From Anthoceros angustus (lineage: Eukaryota; Plantae; Anthocerotophyta), in the NCBI GenBank assembly GCA_010909165.1, contig MU008167.1, forward strand, positions 682,001 to 746,000: DNA of 64,000 bases, in the 5' to 3' direction. Of the stretch, positions 12,412 through 23,910 are shown piece after piece; the first letter of the stretch is position 1; each line of letters begins with the position of its first letter. A program made the translations under genes and the position numbers. Under the pieces are notes generated by a model. It ran no database searches. It saw only the letters and a program-made list of their open reading frames with translations, and was not told the DNA's origin.

Positions 12412-13393
12412 TGACTTTGTGAAATGACTTAAGAGGTGTAGAATAAGTGGGCGACTACTTTTAACGTTATTTCACTTATTCCATGAGGTGGAGGCGGGGC
12501 TTTGCCCCTGCTTCTGCCGATCCAAGTGGAAGACATTGTCAGGTGGGGAGTTTAGCAGACATTGTCCCGTGGGGAGTTTAGCAGGTGGGGAGACATTGTC
12601 CGGTGGGGAGTTTAGCAGGTGGGGAGATTGGCTGGGGCAGCACATCTGTTAAAAGATAACGCAAGTGCCCTAAGATGAGATCAACGAGAACATAAGTCTG
12701 GTGTGGAACAAAAGGGAAAAACCTCATTTGATTTTGATTTTCAGTACGAATACGAATTGTAAAAGCATGGCTTGTTGATCCTTCAGTTTTTCGGAATTTG
12801 AAGCTAGAGGTGTCAAAAAAATTACCACATGGATAACTAGCTTGTGGTAGCCAAGCGTTCATAGCGATGTTGCTTTTTAATCCTTCGATGTCGGCTCTTC
12901 TGATCATTGTGAAGTAAAATTCATCAAGTGTTGGATCGTCCACCCACCAATAAGGAACGTGAGTTAGGTTTAGACCATTGTGAGACAGGTTAGTTTTACC
13001 CTACTGATGTGACAGTGTCGCAATAGTAATTCAACTTAGTACGAGAGGAACCGTTGATTCACATAATTGGTCATTGCGCTTGGTTGAAAAGCCAGTGGCG
13101 CGAAGCTAGCATGTGTAGAATTGTGACTAAATGCCTCTAATTCAGAATCCATGCTAGAAGCAGCGCTTTTCAACCTCCCCTTTTGTTATCCAACTAGTCG
13201 TAGGGGGAACTATGCCCCAGGCATGTCGAGAGTCCCCAATGCGGCGAGCGACCATGTGTGGCGTTATGGTGCAATTCAAGCGATTGGGAGTCAAATCCTT
13301 TGCAAACTACTTAATTTTGCAATGAGGTCATGCGTGGCGGAGTAGCCTTCTTTTCGATCTATGGAGATTCGGTCTCATGTCCTTCTGATTTGT
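12243..13393 (+). rRNA. Degenerate 3' fragment (~1.15 kb) of nuclear 25S/26S rRNA (pseudogene)
   Basis: Conserved LSU strings are present (GTGACGCGCATGAATGGATT, GAAGACCCTGTTGAGCTTGACTCTAG, GTACGAGAGGAACCG, AAATCCTTTGCA...). It carries many C>T/G>A changes, deletions, and a tandem duplication of AGACATTGTC..GTGGGGAGTTT at ~12530-12630. Confidence 0.93.
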
Positions 13394-14700
13394 CCCCCCT
13401 CAACCTCGTTCCCTTTGCGAGGATCGAAGGTCCCTGTGGTGCGGCCCTAGTTGAGGGTGGAAAAGCCTGTACGCTTTACGGACTTTGGTTTTTTGAGTAC
13501 CGGTGGCGCACGCGCATAACCCCATGCGCGTAGATGTGGACTTGGCGGTTTGGAGGGCGAAGGGGGTGCGTGCATGCTGTTGAGGGTGCAAGCGAATTCC
13601 AAGGGATCATTGGTTTGAAGAGGCTACGCATGGAGGCGGGGCGCGCCCATATGCACGCTGTCACCCTAGACAGCAGTCGAGAGTGAAAGGCATATTCCCA
13701 AGGACCTCAAGTTTGGAGAGGCCACGCGCGCGCATCACTCTCAACTACTAAATACAGATTCCCGGGGTTCTTGGTATCTTTGGTTTGAAGGCCCTCGACA
13801 GAAATTCCCGATGCTCTTTGGTTGGGAGGGCGCGCATCACCCTCGACAGCGGACACATTGGGTTCGAGGGCGCGCGTGTGGCTGGTGAATGCATAGTCCC
13901 GGGGTTCTTGGTTCTTTGGTTTGGAGGCCCTCGAGAGACGGATTCTCGAGCTCTTTGGTTGGGAGGTCGCACGTCACCCTCGACAAGCGAACACCTGGGT
14001 TCTCTGGTTTCGAGGACGTGTTAGTGGCCTGAGGCCACCTGTTACAAAGCATGCCCTTGTCTCCACAGTGTTTGTGGCCTACGGGGTTACTTTAGATTGA
14101 AAAACTCCCTGTGGGGCCACCTGTTATAAAGCATGCCCTCGTCTCCGCAGTATTAGTAACCTACGGGGTTACTTCAGATTAAAAAAATCCCTATGGGGCC
14201 ACATGTTATAAAGCTTGCCCTCGTCTCCATAGTGTTAGTAGCTTGCGGGGTTACTTCAGATTAAAAAACTCCCTGTGGGGCCACCTATTATATAGCATGC
14301 CCTTAAAAAACTCTTTGTTTATAAAGCATGCCCTCGTCTCCACAGTGTGTGGCCTGCGGGGTTACTTCAAATTAAAAAACTCCCAGTAGGGCCACATGTT
14401 ATAAAGCATGCCCTTAAAAAACTTCCTCTGGGGCCACCTTTTATAAAGCATGCCCTCGTATGCACAGTGTGCATGGCCGCCAGTTGTTTGCCAGTTGTTC
14501 GCACAGTATGTGTGGCCGCCAGTTTTTAGTGGCCTATGAGATTACTTCAATTGAAAAACTCATGGTGTAAGGCCGCCAAATGTTAGTGGCATACGCGGTT
14601 ACTTCACATTAAAAAACTTTCGGTGTGGGACTTCGATGTATACTTCAAAATATATATGTAAAGTCTTTGAATTCTCTAAAAACAAGCCATTGAAGGGGTC
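13394..14700 (+). repeat. rDNA 3'ETS/IGS-like spacer with ~140-bp (13750-14020) and ~80-bp (14030-14600, ATAAAGCATGCCC core) subrepeats
   Basis: Directly follows the LSU 3' end and the tandem subrepeats are visible. The IGS identity is inferred from position. Confidence 0.6.
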
Positions 14701-14715
14701 TTTGACTCAATAGAG

Positions 14716-14822
14716 AGAATGAGAGACGATGGCATACAACCAGACCCTATCACATTCACTCCTGAGTGTACTATCAGCATGCAAGTATGCAGTCATGTGA
14801 ATGTAGTGAAGAAGGGGCGGCA
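14716..14822 (+). pseudogene. Isolated PPR L2-motif fragment
   Basis: MRDDGIQPDPITF...VCSHVNVVKKGRH closely parallels MREDGIHPDGITF...VCSHAGLVCKGKE of the PPR gene at 47-50 kb. Confidence 0.6.
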
Positions 14823-15073
14823 CTCGCATAACCGCATATTGTGCACGACAATTACAACCATGGACGTCCATGGTTGTAATTGTCGTCCAGTCTATTTACG
14901 TCCATGGACGCAAATAGACTGGACAGCATAGCGCTCGACGGAAGTGGAAGCAATCGACGGCAAAATGATGTTCCCGCCGCAAAGCCACGAACCGCCCGCA
15001 AAATGGAAACCATTGGTCGCGCTTTGAACAGAGAGAGACAGTAAGGAGAGAGAGTGGGAAGGGAGAGGAAGAG

Positions 15074-15134
15074 GAAGAAGAAGAATTTTATTTAAGTCCA
15101 CTAAGGACGGATTTTCGTCATGGGACTTCGTACT
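15074..15134 (-). mobile_element. Short 3'-end copy of a (TTC)n-tailed retroposon (second copy at ~16780-16840)
   Basis: The minus strand reads AAGTCCCATGACGAAAATCCGTCCTTAGTGGACTTAAATAAAATTCTTCTTC, the same core as at 23.6, 51.0 and 53.2 kb. Confidence 0.6.
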
Positions 15135-15499
15135 TTTGAGGGAATCGACTGATGAGGCGGTTCGAGTGGAATGGGGGCCATGAATGGGACCCCGCCGCAT
15201 AGCGCGTCCGGAAAACAGTCATTTGATTTTGCACAGGGATTGGGGCCGGGATCAATAGGACATGTTTAAAAGGAAATGGTTTAACGGCAGCTGATGTACT
15301 TCATTGGGCCTGGACTCGGCTGCACACATGAACATACAAGAACAAAGTAGAGGGGAACTTAGTTACCTGTAGTTTCCAAAGGGCTGTGCCGGTTTCTAGC
15401 CTGGACAAGCAGCGGTTATGGTAAACAGCAACGGTTCACAACACTATGTCTCGCATCTGTATTTCGACGGAACACAAAACGGGCATGGACAGAGTTAGT

Positions 15500-17205
15500 T
15501 TTACCCTCGATGTGGCTGTCGCAATAGTAATTCAACTTAGTACGAGAGGAACCGTTGATTCACATAATTGGTCATTGCGCTTGGTTGAAAAGCCCCGGAA
15601 GCTAGCATGTGTAGAATTGTGACTAAATGCCTCTAATTCAGAATCCATGCTAGAAGCAGCGCTTTTCAACCTCCCCTTTTGTTATCCAACTAGTCGTAGG
15701 GGGAACTATGCGCCCCCAGAAGCATGTGTCGAGAGTCCCCCAATGCCGGCAGAAGCAGCCATGTGTAGGCGTTATGAATTGCAATTCCAAACGATTGGGG
15801 AGTCAAATCCTTTGCAAACTACTTAATTTTGCAATGAGGTGCTGTACGTGGCAGAGTAGCCTTGCTGCTACGATCTATGGAGATTCGGTCTCATGTCCTT
15901 CTGATTTGTCCCCCCTCAACCTCGTTCCCTTTGCGAGGATCGAAGGTCCCTGTGGTGCGGCCCTAGTTGAGGGTGGAAAAGCACATCGCTACGGACTTTG
16001 GTTTTGAGTCTGGGTGGCGCCGCGCATAACCCCATCTTGGCGTAGATGTGGACTTGGCGGTTTGGAGGCGAAGGGGTGCGTGCATCTTTGTTGAGGGTGG
16101 CAATTCAAGGGATCATTGGTTTGAAGAGGCTACATGGAGGCCCTCGAGAGGCCACTGTTACAAAAGCATGCCCTTAAAAACTCCTGTGGGGCCACCTATT
16201 ATATAGCATGCCCTCGTCTCCACAGTGTGTGGCTGAGGCCACTGTTACAAAAGCATGCCCTTAAAAACTTCCTCTGGGGCCACATGTTATAAAGCATGCC
16301 CTTAAAAACTCTTTGTTTATAAAGCTTGCCCTCGTCTCCATAGTGTTAGTAGCTTGCGGGGTTACTTCAATTGAAAAACTCATGGTGTAAGGCCGCCAAA
16401 TGTTAGTGGCCCGAGGCCACTGTTACAAAAGCATGCCTTAAAAACTTCCTCTGGGGCCACCTATTATATAGCATGCCCTCGTCTCCATGCAAGTATGCAG
16501 TCATGTGAATGTAGTGAAGAAGGGCGGCACTCGCATAACCGCATATTGTGCACGACAATTACAACCATGGACGTCCATGGTTGTAATTGTCGTCCAGTCT
16601 ATTACGTCCATGGACGCAAATAGACTGGACAGCATAACGCTCGACGGAAGTGGAAGCAATCGACGGCAAAATGATGTTCCCGCCGCAAAGCCACGAACCG
16701 CCCGCAAAATGGAAACCATTGGTCGCGCTTTGAACAGAGAGAGACAGTAAGGAGAGAGAGTGGGAAGGAGAGGAAGAGGAAGAAGAAGAATTTTATTTAA
16801 GTCCACTAAGGACGGATTTTCGTCATGGGACTTCGTACTTTTGAGGGAATCGACTGATGAGGCGGTTCGAGTGGAATGGGGGCCATGAATGGGACCCCGC
16901 CGCATAGCGCGTCCGGAAAACAGTCATTTGATTTTGCACAGGGATTGGGGCCGGGATCAATAGGACATGTTTAAAAGGAAATGGTTTAACGGCAGCTGAT
17001 GTACTTCATTGGGCCTGGACTCGGCTGCACACATGAACATACAAGAACAAAGTAGAGGGGAACTTAGTTACCTGTAGTTTCCAAAGGGCTGTGCCGGTTT
17101 CTAGCCTGGACAAGCAGCGGTTATGGTAAACAGCAACGGTTCACAACACTATGTCTCGCATCTGTATTTCGACGGAACACAAAACGGGCATGGACAGAGT
17201 TAGTT
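15500..17205 (+). repeat. Deletion-rich near-duplicate of 12985-15500 (rDNA end, spacer, flanking DNA)
   Basis: Same sequence with many short deletions. The junction falls at the microhomology GTTAGTTT (15494-15501). Confidence 0.85.
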
Positions 17206-17767
17206 TCTATATCAGCAGCAAGGATCAGCACATGGGAAAGGATTCCAAGCCTGCCCATCAGCAACCCACCATCATCACACTTCTCACAATAGAAAACTGT
17301 TAGAGGCAGAAGAGCCACTGCCCCATCCTTGAGAAGGCCTGTTCATTACAATAGAGGAACAAGCTTTATAGGTGTCAGCTTGCCCGATTTCCTAAACATC
17401 ATAAGCGCGTTGGCAGGTGCACTTCTACCAGAGCTCCAGCACGCCTTTTACACACACCTAGTATATTGCTTGCTACTCAGCCATGGGCCCAACTCACAGA
17501 AGTGTAGGGCCAGCCTAGAATGCCTTCTTGGCCCCCGTGTCCAACAGACACCATGGCACAGGACTCACAATGGCATCGAAGTGAATAGCAGCTGTTTGGG
17601 ATCGCTCTCCCAGTGGTGAGCTCTACATACAGATATTGGCCCACTGCTCCCTGCTGGTGTCACCTCCATCTTTTTTAGATGTGGCTGGCTCCTGAAACAA
17701 CAAGTAAGTTGCTCGTGCCTCCTAAGCCAACAGTTCACCTTCTGGAGAACTCGCTGGTTGTGCATTC

Positions 17768-18290
17768 TTACAGTCGACCCTTACAACTACAAGAACCAGG
17801 TGCGATTCGATATACACGGTACCCATCCTTTACTCTTTTCGAACAACCCTTGACATATATGAGAACACGGTACCCATCCTTTACTCTTTTCAAACAACCC
17901 TTGACATATATGAGCTCGGTGGAACTCTGGCAACACTGCACATGCGTAGATTTTTTATTATGTTATCAGTAGAGGTGTGACACTCGGGAGTCTTCAAGAG
18001 ACCAGACGCCAGACCTCGACACAAATCTTCAACAGCTTCAGAACCCATCCTGCTTCAGACGGGCATTGATTGTTTTCTCCCGCTACATATGTATTTACAA
18101 GCTTCTTCGCCTCAATGCTCGCCATTGTAGGTCTCTTGTTAGCTCCAGCTACCCTTCTCTGTGTTCAATCCTCTCTACGTCCGCAGGCATCTCTTTTGTT
18201 GGGTGTCATAGAGACACTCCAGTCCTGGTCTGATTAATGGAATCCACCAAGTTACTCAGCAAGAAAGCGAATGTGGTAGTGTACCTTGAT
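17768..18290 (-). pseudogene. Relic E2/DYW:KP domain
   Basis: Minus-strand fragments RRVAGANKRPTMASIE, LALVSGLLKTP, KNLRMC and DGYRVYRIAPGSCSCKGRL* parallel the intact neighbour (ANKKPAVAGIE...LRMC...DGYRVHRFAAGCCSCNGRP). It is frameshifted and has a 49-bp tandem duplication at ~17816-17913. Confidence 0.8.
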
Positions 18291-18434
18291 AGCCGGTTTT
18301 ATCTTTAGTACAATAATATTCTGTCGAAAACCTTGCTCCTTTATGTATATACTATAAAACACCTAAGCAAGCAGATTCCACCCCGCAAAAGAAAGCAACA
18401 CCCCTGGCGTACAAACTTGAGCACTTCTTCGTTC

Positions 18435-21400
18435 TCACGGTCGGCCATTACAACTGCAACAACCAGCTGCGAATCGATGCACTCGGTACCCATCCCTTAC
18501 AACAATGTCTCTCTTTTCAACCCTTGACATGATCTCAGTAGAACTGTGGCAGTCACTGCACATGCGTAAATTCTTCGTTACCAGCAGAGGTGTGCCACTT
18601 GGAGTGTTCAACAGACCAAACGCCAGAGCTAGCTTCTCAGCGTGCCCGCAAAGCGCATCCTCCTTTTCCTGCTCCGACAGCGGCTTCAATACCAATTTTG
18701 TGTGTGGTGTGTGGCTCCCTTCCCGCTTCAGACGTGCATTCATACTCTCCACCTTCATCTCAATATCATTTCTGTTTTCTCCCACAACAAATGTATGTAC
18801 CTCCTCCTTCACCTCAATGCCCGCAACTGCAGGTTTCTTGTTAGCGCCTGCTACCACTCTCTGTGTTTCGATCCTCTCGACATCGATCCACCTACCTGCA
18901 TCTGCATAGGCATTGGCCATGAGGACATATGCAGATGCCTGTTGAGGCTCCAGTCTAACAAGACTTTCAAAACACCGCTCCGCCCTCTCTATATCCCCAT
19001 GACTTTTGCAAGCATTCAGCAAAGACGTCAACCCCACAACATTGCTTTGGCTCTCACATGATAATAGCATGTTCTCGGCCTCATCTAAATGCCCTGCACG
19101 CCCGAGAAGATCAATCATGCAAGTGTAATGCTCAACAGTGGGTTTGATGCCATGCTGTACAAACATGGAATCAAAGTGCTTACGGCCCTCATTCACCTGT
19201 CCCTCGTGACTGCATGCTGCCAAAAGGCAAGTAAAAGTAGCATCATTAGGCTGAATACCAGCGACTAACATCTCCTCAAAACAAGCTAGTGCATTGTCAC
19301 CTTCATCACAAGCACCAAATCCAGATATCAGGGCTGTCCATGTCACCACATTTTTTGTGGCCAAGCTGTCAAAAACCCGGCGTGCCTCTTTCAATTCACC
19401 ACATTTTGCATACATGTCCACCAAGCAGGTGCCCAACACTATGTCATGCACCTGTCCTCGTTTGACAATCTGTGAGTGCAGCTGCCTGCCCTTCTGCAAA
19501 GCACCAGCGATTGCACAGGCCTTCAGAAGGCAGGCAAACGTAACATCATCAGCTACAATCAGGCCCTCCTGCTCCATTTGTCCATACAGAGAAAGCGCTT
19601 CTTGGCCGAGCCCCTGCTGTGCATACCCGGCTAGCAGGGCATTCCATGTCACCACATTTTTTGAGGCCAAGCTGTCAAAAATCTGTTGCGCGCATTCCAG
19701 TTCACCACATTTTGCATACATGTCCACCAGGCAGGTGCCCAATACAACATTATCTAGCTGTCCACTTTCAACAATCTGTGAGTGCAGCTGCCTGCCCTTC
19801 TGTAAGGCACCAGTGCTTGCACAGGCCTTCAGAAGGCAAGCAAAAGTAACATGGTCAGCCACAATCAGGCCCTCCTGCTCCATTTGTCCATACAGAACAA
19901 GCGCCTCTTGGCCGAGCCCTTGCTGTGCATACCCAGAAATCAGAGTATTCCATGTCACCACATCCTTTGTGATCAAGCTGTCAAACACGTGGTGTGCATC
20001 TTTCAGTTCACCATTTTGCATACATGTCCAGGCAGGTGCCCAACACTATGTCATGCAACTGTCCTCTTTCACAATCAGTGAGTGCAGCTGCCTGCCCTTC
20101 TGTAAGGCACCAGTGCTTGCACAGGCCTTCAGAAGGCAAGCAAAAGTAACATGGTCAGCCACAATCAGGCCCTCCTGCTCCATTTGTCCATACAGAACAA
20201 GCGCCTCTTGGCCAAGCCCTTGCTGTGCATACCCAGCAATCAGGGCATTCCATGTCACCACATTTTTTGAGGCCAAGCTGTCAAAAATCTGTTGCGCGCA
20301 TTCCAGTTCACCACATTTTGCATACATGTCCACCAGGCAGGTGCCCAATACAACATTATCTAGCTGTCCACTTTCAACAATCTGTGAGTGCAGTTGCCTC
20401 CCCTTCTGTATGGCACCAGTGCTTGCACAGGCCTTTAGAAGGCAGGCAAAAGTGACGTGGTCAGCCACAATCAGGCCCTCCTGCTCCATTTGTCCATACA
20501 CAACAAGAGCCTCTTGGCCAAACCCTTGCTGTGCATACCCAGAAATCAGAGTATTCCATGTCACCACATCCTTTGTGATCAAGCTGTCAAAAACCTGGCG
20601 TGCATCTTCCAGTTCACCACATTTTGCATACATGTCCACCAGGCAGGTGCCCAACACTATGTCATGCAACTGTCCTCTTTCACAATCAGTGAGTGCAGCT
20701 GCCTGCCCTTCTGTAAGGCACCAGTGCACAGGCCTTCAGAAGGCAGGCAAAAGTGACGTGGTCAGCCACAATCAGGCCCTCCTGCTCCATTTGTCCATAC
20801 ACAACAAGAGCCTCTTGGCCAAACCCTTGCTGTGCATACCCAGAAATCAGAGTATTCCATGTCACCACATCCTTTGTGATCAAGCTGTCAAACACGTGGT
20901 GTGCATCTTTCATTTCACCGCATTTTGCATACATGTCCACCAGGCAGGTGCCCAACACTATGTCATGCAACTGTCCTCTTTTCACAATCAGTGAGTGCAG
21001 CTGCCTGCCCTTCTGTAAGGCACCAGTGCTTGCACAGGCCTTCAAAAGGCAAGCAAAAGTAACTTGGTCAGCCTCAATAACACCTTCCTCCTCCATTTGA
21101 CAATACACGGCGATCGCCTCTTGGCCAAGCCCTTGCTGTGCATACCCAGCAATCAGGGCATTCCACGTCACCACATCCTTTCTGATCAAGCTTTCAAAAA
21201 CCTGGCGTGCATCTTTCAGTTCACCACATTTTGCATACATGTCCACCAAGCAGTTGCCCAACACTACGTTATCCAGCAGTCCTCTTTTGACAATCTGAGT
21301 GCAGCTGCCTGCCCTTCTGTAAGGCACCAGTGCTTGCACAGGCCTTTAGAAGGCAAGCAAAAGTGACGTGGTCAGCCACAACCAGGCCCTCTTGCTCCAT

Positions 21401-23347
21401 TTGTCCATACACAACAAGCGCCTCTTGGCCCCCTTGCTGTGCATACCCAGCAATCAGGGCATTCCATGTCACCACATCCTTTGTGATCAAGCTGTCAAAC
21501 ACGTGGTGTGCATCTTCAGTTCACCACATTTTGCATACATGTCCACCAGGCAGGTGCCAACACTATGTCAGCAGTCCTCTTTCACAATCTGTGAGTGCAG
21601 CTGCCTGCCCTTCTGTAAGGCACCAGTGCTTGCACAGGCCTTCAGAAGGCAAGCAAAAGTAACATGGTCAGCCAAAACAGGCCTCCTGCTCCATTTGTCC
21701 ATACAGAACAAGCGCCTCTTGGCCAAGCCCTTGCTGTGCATACCCAGCAATCAGGGCATTCCACGTCACCACATCCTTTCTGATCAAGCTTTCAAAAACC
21801 TGGCGTGCATCTTTCAGTTCACCACATTTTGCATACATGTCCACCAAGCAGTTGCCCAACACTACGTTATCCAGCAGTCCTCTTTTGACAATCTGCGAGT
21901 GCAGCTGCCTGCCCTTCTGTAAGGCACCAGTGCTTGCGCAGGCCTTTAGAAGGCAAGCAAAAGTAACATGGTCAGCAACAACCAGGCCCTCTTGCTCCAT
22001 TTCGCCATACAGAACAAGCGCCTCTCGGCCACACCCATCGTTTGCATATCCAGCAATCAAGGCCGTCCATGTCACCACATCCTTCGTGTCTAAGCTGTCA
22101 AAAACCTGGCGTGCATCTTTCAGTGCGCCACATTTAGCATACATGTCCACCAGGCAGTTGCCAACAAAGACGTTAGCAGGAATGCCACTGTGCAACACAT
22201 CACAATGCACTCTTCGGCCAGATTCCAAATCCACAGCTAATGCACAAGCTTGAAGGGCACCAACAAAGACGTGAGCATCCGCCTTCACACCTGAGCCACG
22301 CATCTCGTGATACAGTTGTATGGCCTCGTTCGGCTTCCCATGTTTAGCATGTGCAGAGATAATGGAAAACCACACGAAGGCATCTGGTTTCCCCACCCTG
22401 GTGAACACATCCATGGCCTCCTCTAGCCTACCTCCGCTTGCATACATGCGCAAGATTTGGTTTCCCATGTATGCATTCGACTCGTACCCAAATTTGACAG
22501 CGAGATCATGAACTCGTTGCCCCGCAACAAGATTCTTCTTGACTGTACACAGTTTTAGCACAGTAGAAAACAAAGACTGAGAAATATGACAGTCTGCCTG
22601 CGCCAGAGATTCCAGTGCTCCAACGGCCTCAGTAAGCTTCCCCTGCTCACATAACGTGCTCACGGTTACAGCCATGACGACGCCCATTTCCGATCCTCCA
22701 CGCCTGCCAGTTTCAGGCTTATCCGGTGAGCTGGACTTGGAAGGCAACGCACCATGACCCATCCGCATATCCAAAGAGACGAGTTGCTCATCCACCCAAG
22801 CCGGCTTCAACATGTTGTTTAACCACAGGACCTCGCCGGACCCCTTACGCCGGAAGTCAGGCCAACGGGGGCCCTTCTTATCTCGCCTGTTGTCAAACCA
22901 CATGGTAGGGTCCAGAAAAAATTGTTGCCACAGGCGCTCCTGCTCCTCGCGACCACCATCCCTGACAAGTCCTCCATCACCCACACATTTTCTCGGAAGT
23001 GGCAGAGCTAAGTTCCTTACATTGCTGCATCTGGAAGCTTGGTTGCTTGCCACGGGTTGATTTCCTAGGGGGAAGTGACCGGGAGCTCCTCGTACAATCC
23101 CTGTACACAAACCAATTTGCTGCGTCCACAACGGATCCCGTCGCCATTCTATGGCCATCCTACAGGAACTGCTGTTGGAAGAGTGTGCAAAACGAACTAC
23201 AAAACGGTATCCTCGTACTCTGCTTGGCCCGCATCCCGCTGGTAGTGCAAACGGGTTTTCACTAGCTACTGTACTAATGCCAAAGCACACAAAATCAAAC
23301 CGATTCGGAGGATGAAAATTACTTCCTTCGCGTGCAACCGAGTACAT
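18435..23347 (-). CDS. PLS-class PPR-E1-E2-DYW:KP (GRP-type) protein with an N-terminal OSB-type PDF motif; candidate organellar U-to-C editing factor. Middle part is frameshifted in this assembly.
   Basis: ORF 21668-23347 holds the transit peptide, PDF motif and first PPRs. ORF 18435-20021 holds PPRs, P2-L2-S2, E1, E2, KKPAVAGIEV, HAEKLA, CSDCH and the terminal GRP. The intervening 306-bp repeats carry 1-3 nt deletions typical of long-read error. Confidence 0.9.
19290..22190 (-). repeat. About 10 near-identical 306-bp P-L-S triplet units
   Basis: The S-motif string CATACATGTCCA recurs every ~300-306 bp. The antisense translations of 19619-19849 and 20225-20455 are nearly identical. Confidence 0.9.
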
Positions 23348-23580
23348 GCCACATTACTACGTTGTCATCTTTCTTTCCATTATCACCACCATGGATAAAA
23401 AATAAAAAATGGACCATTAGTTCCTTCTTTCCTTTTTCATCCTTTATACATATGTGGGGGGACTCCATACATGGACGTTACAAACATTCTTCCATGGTCG
23501 GTAATTGGAGTGGCAGCAACCAAGGTCATGAAGAAGAGTGGATGCAAGCATACCACTTCTTCATTTTGCTCGCCTTGGAG

Positions 23581-23910
23581 AAGAAGAAGAAGAATTTTAT
23601 TTAAGTCCACTAAGGACGGATTTCCGTCATGGGACTTGGTACTTAACAACTTGTACCATGGTTGCCTAAGCTACTTGCACCAAGGGCATCCATTCCCTTT
23701 AGGCACCCCAGAATTTTATTTAAGTCCACTAAGGACGGATTTCCGTCATGGGACTTGGTACTTAACAACTTGTACCATGGTTGCCTAAGCTACTTGCACC
23801 AAGGGCATCCATTCCCTTTAGGCACCCCATCTAAGTACCGATCCAAGCTCAGGATGCTTAATCACGGCGTTCTTATAAATGTGTGTCCATTTGGCCTAGG
23901 CCATTTGGAC
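23581..23910 (-). mobile_element. (TTC)n-tailed retroposon copy (~330 bp, internal tandem duplication) upstream of the PPR-DYW gene
   Basis: Shares its sequence with 50967-51190. The 3' end (minus strand) is stem-loop + AATAAA + (TTC)n. Confidence 0.65.

Noticed and set aside
15149-15230. CTGATGA followed by a GGCGG/CCGCC stem, as a possible hammerhead ribozyme
   Set aside because: No GAAA core after the stem and no stem I/III pairing.
19294-20994. 566-aa + strand ORF and many similar Ser/Cys-rich ORFs opposite the PPR genes
   Set aside because: Antisense shadows of the repetitive PPR coding sequence.
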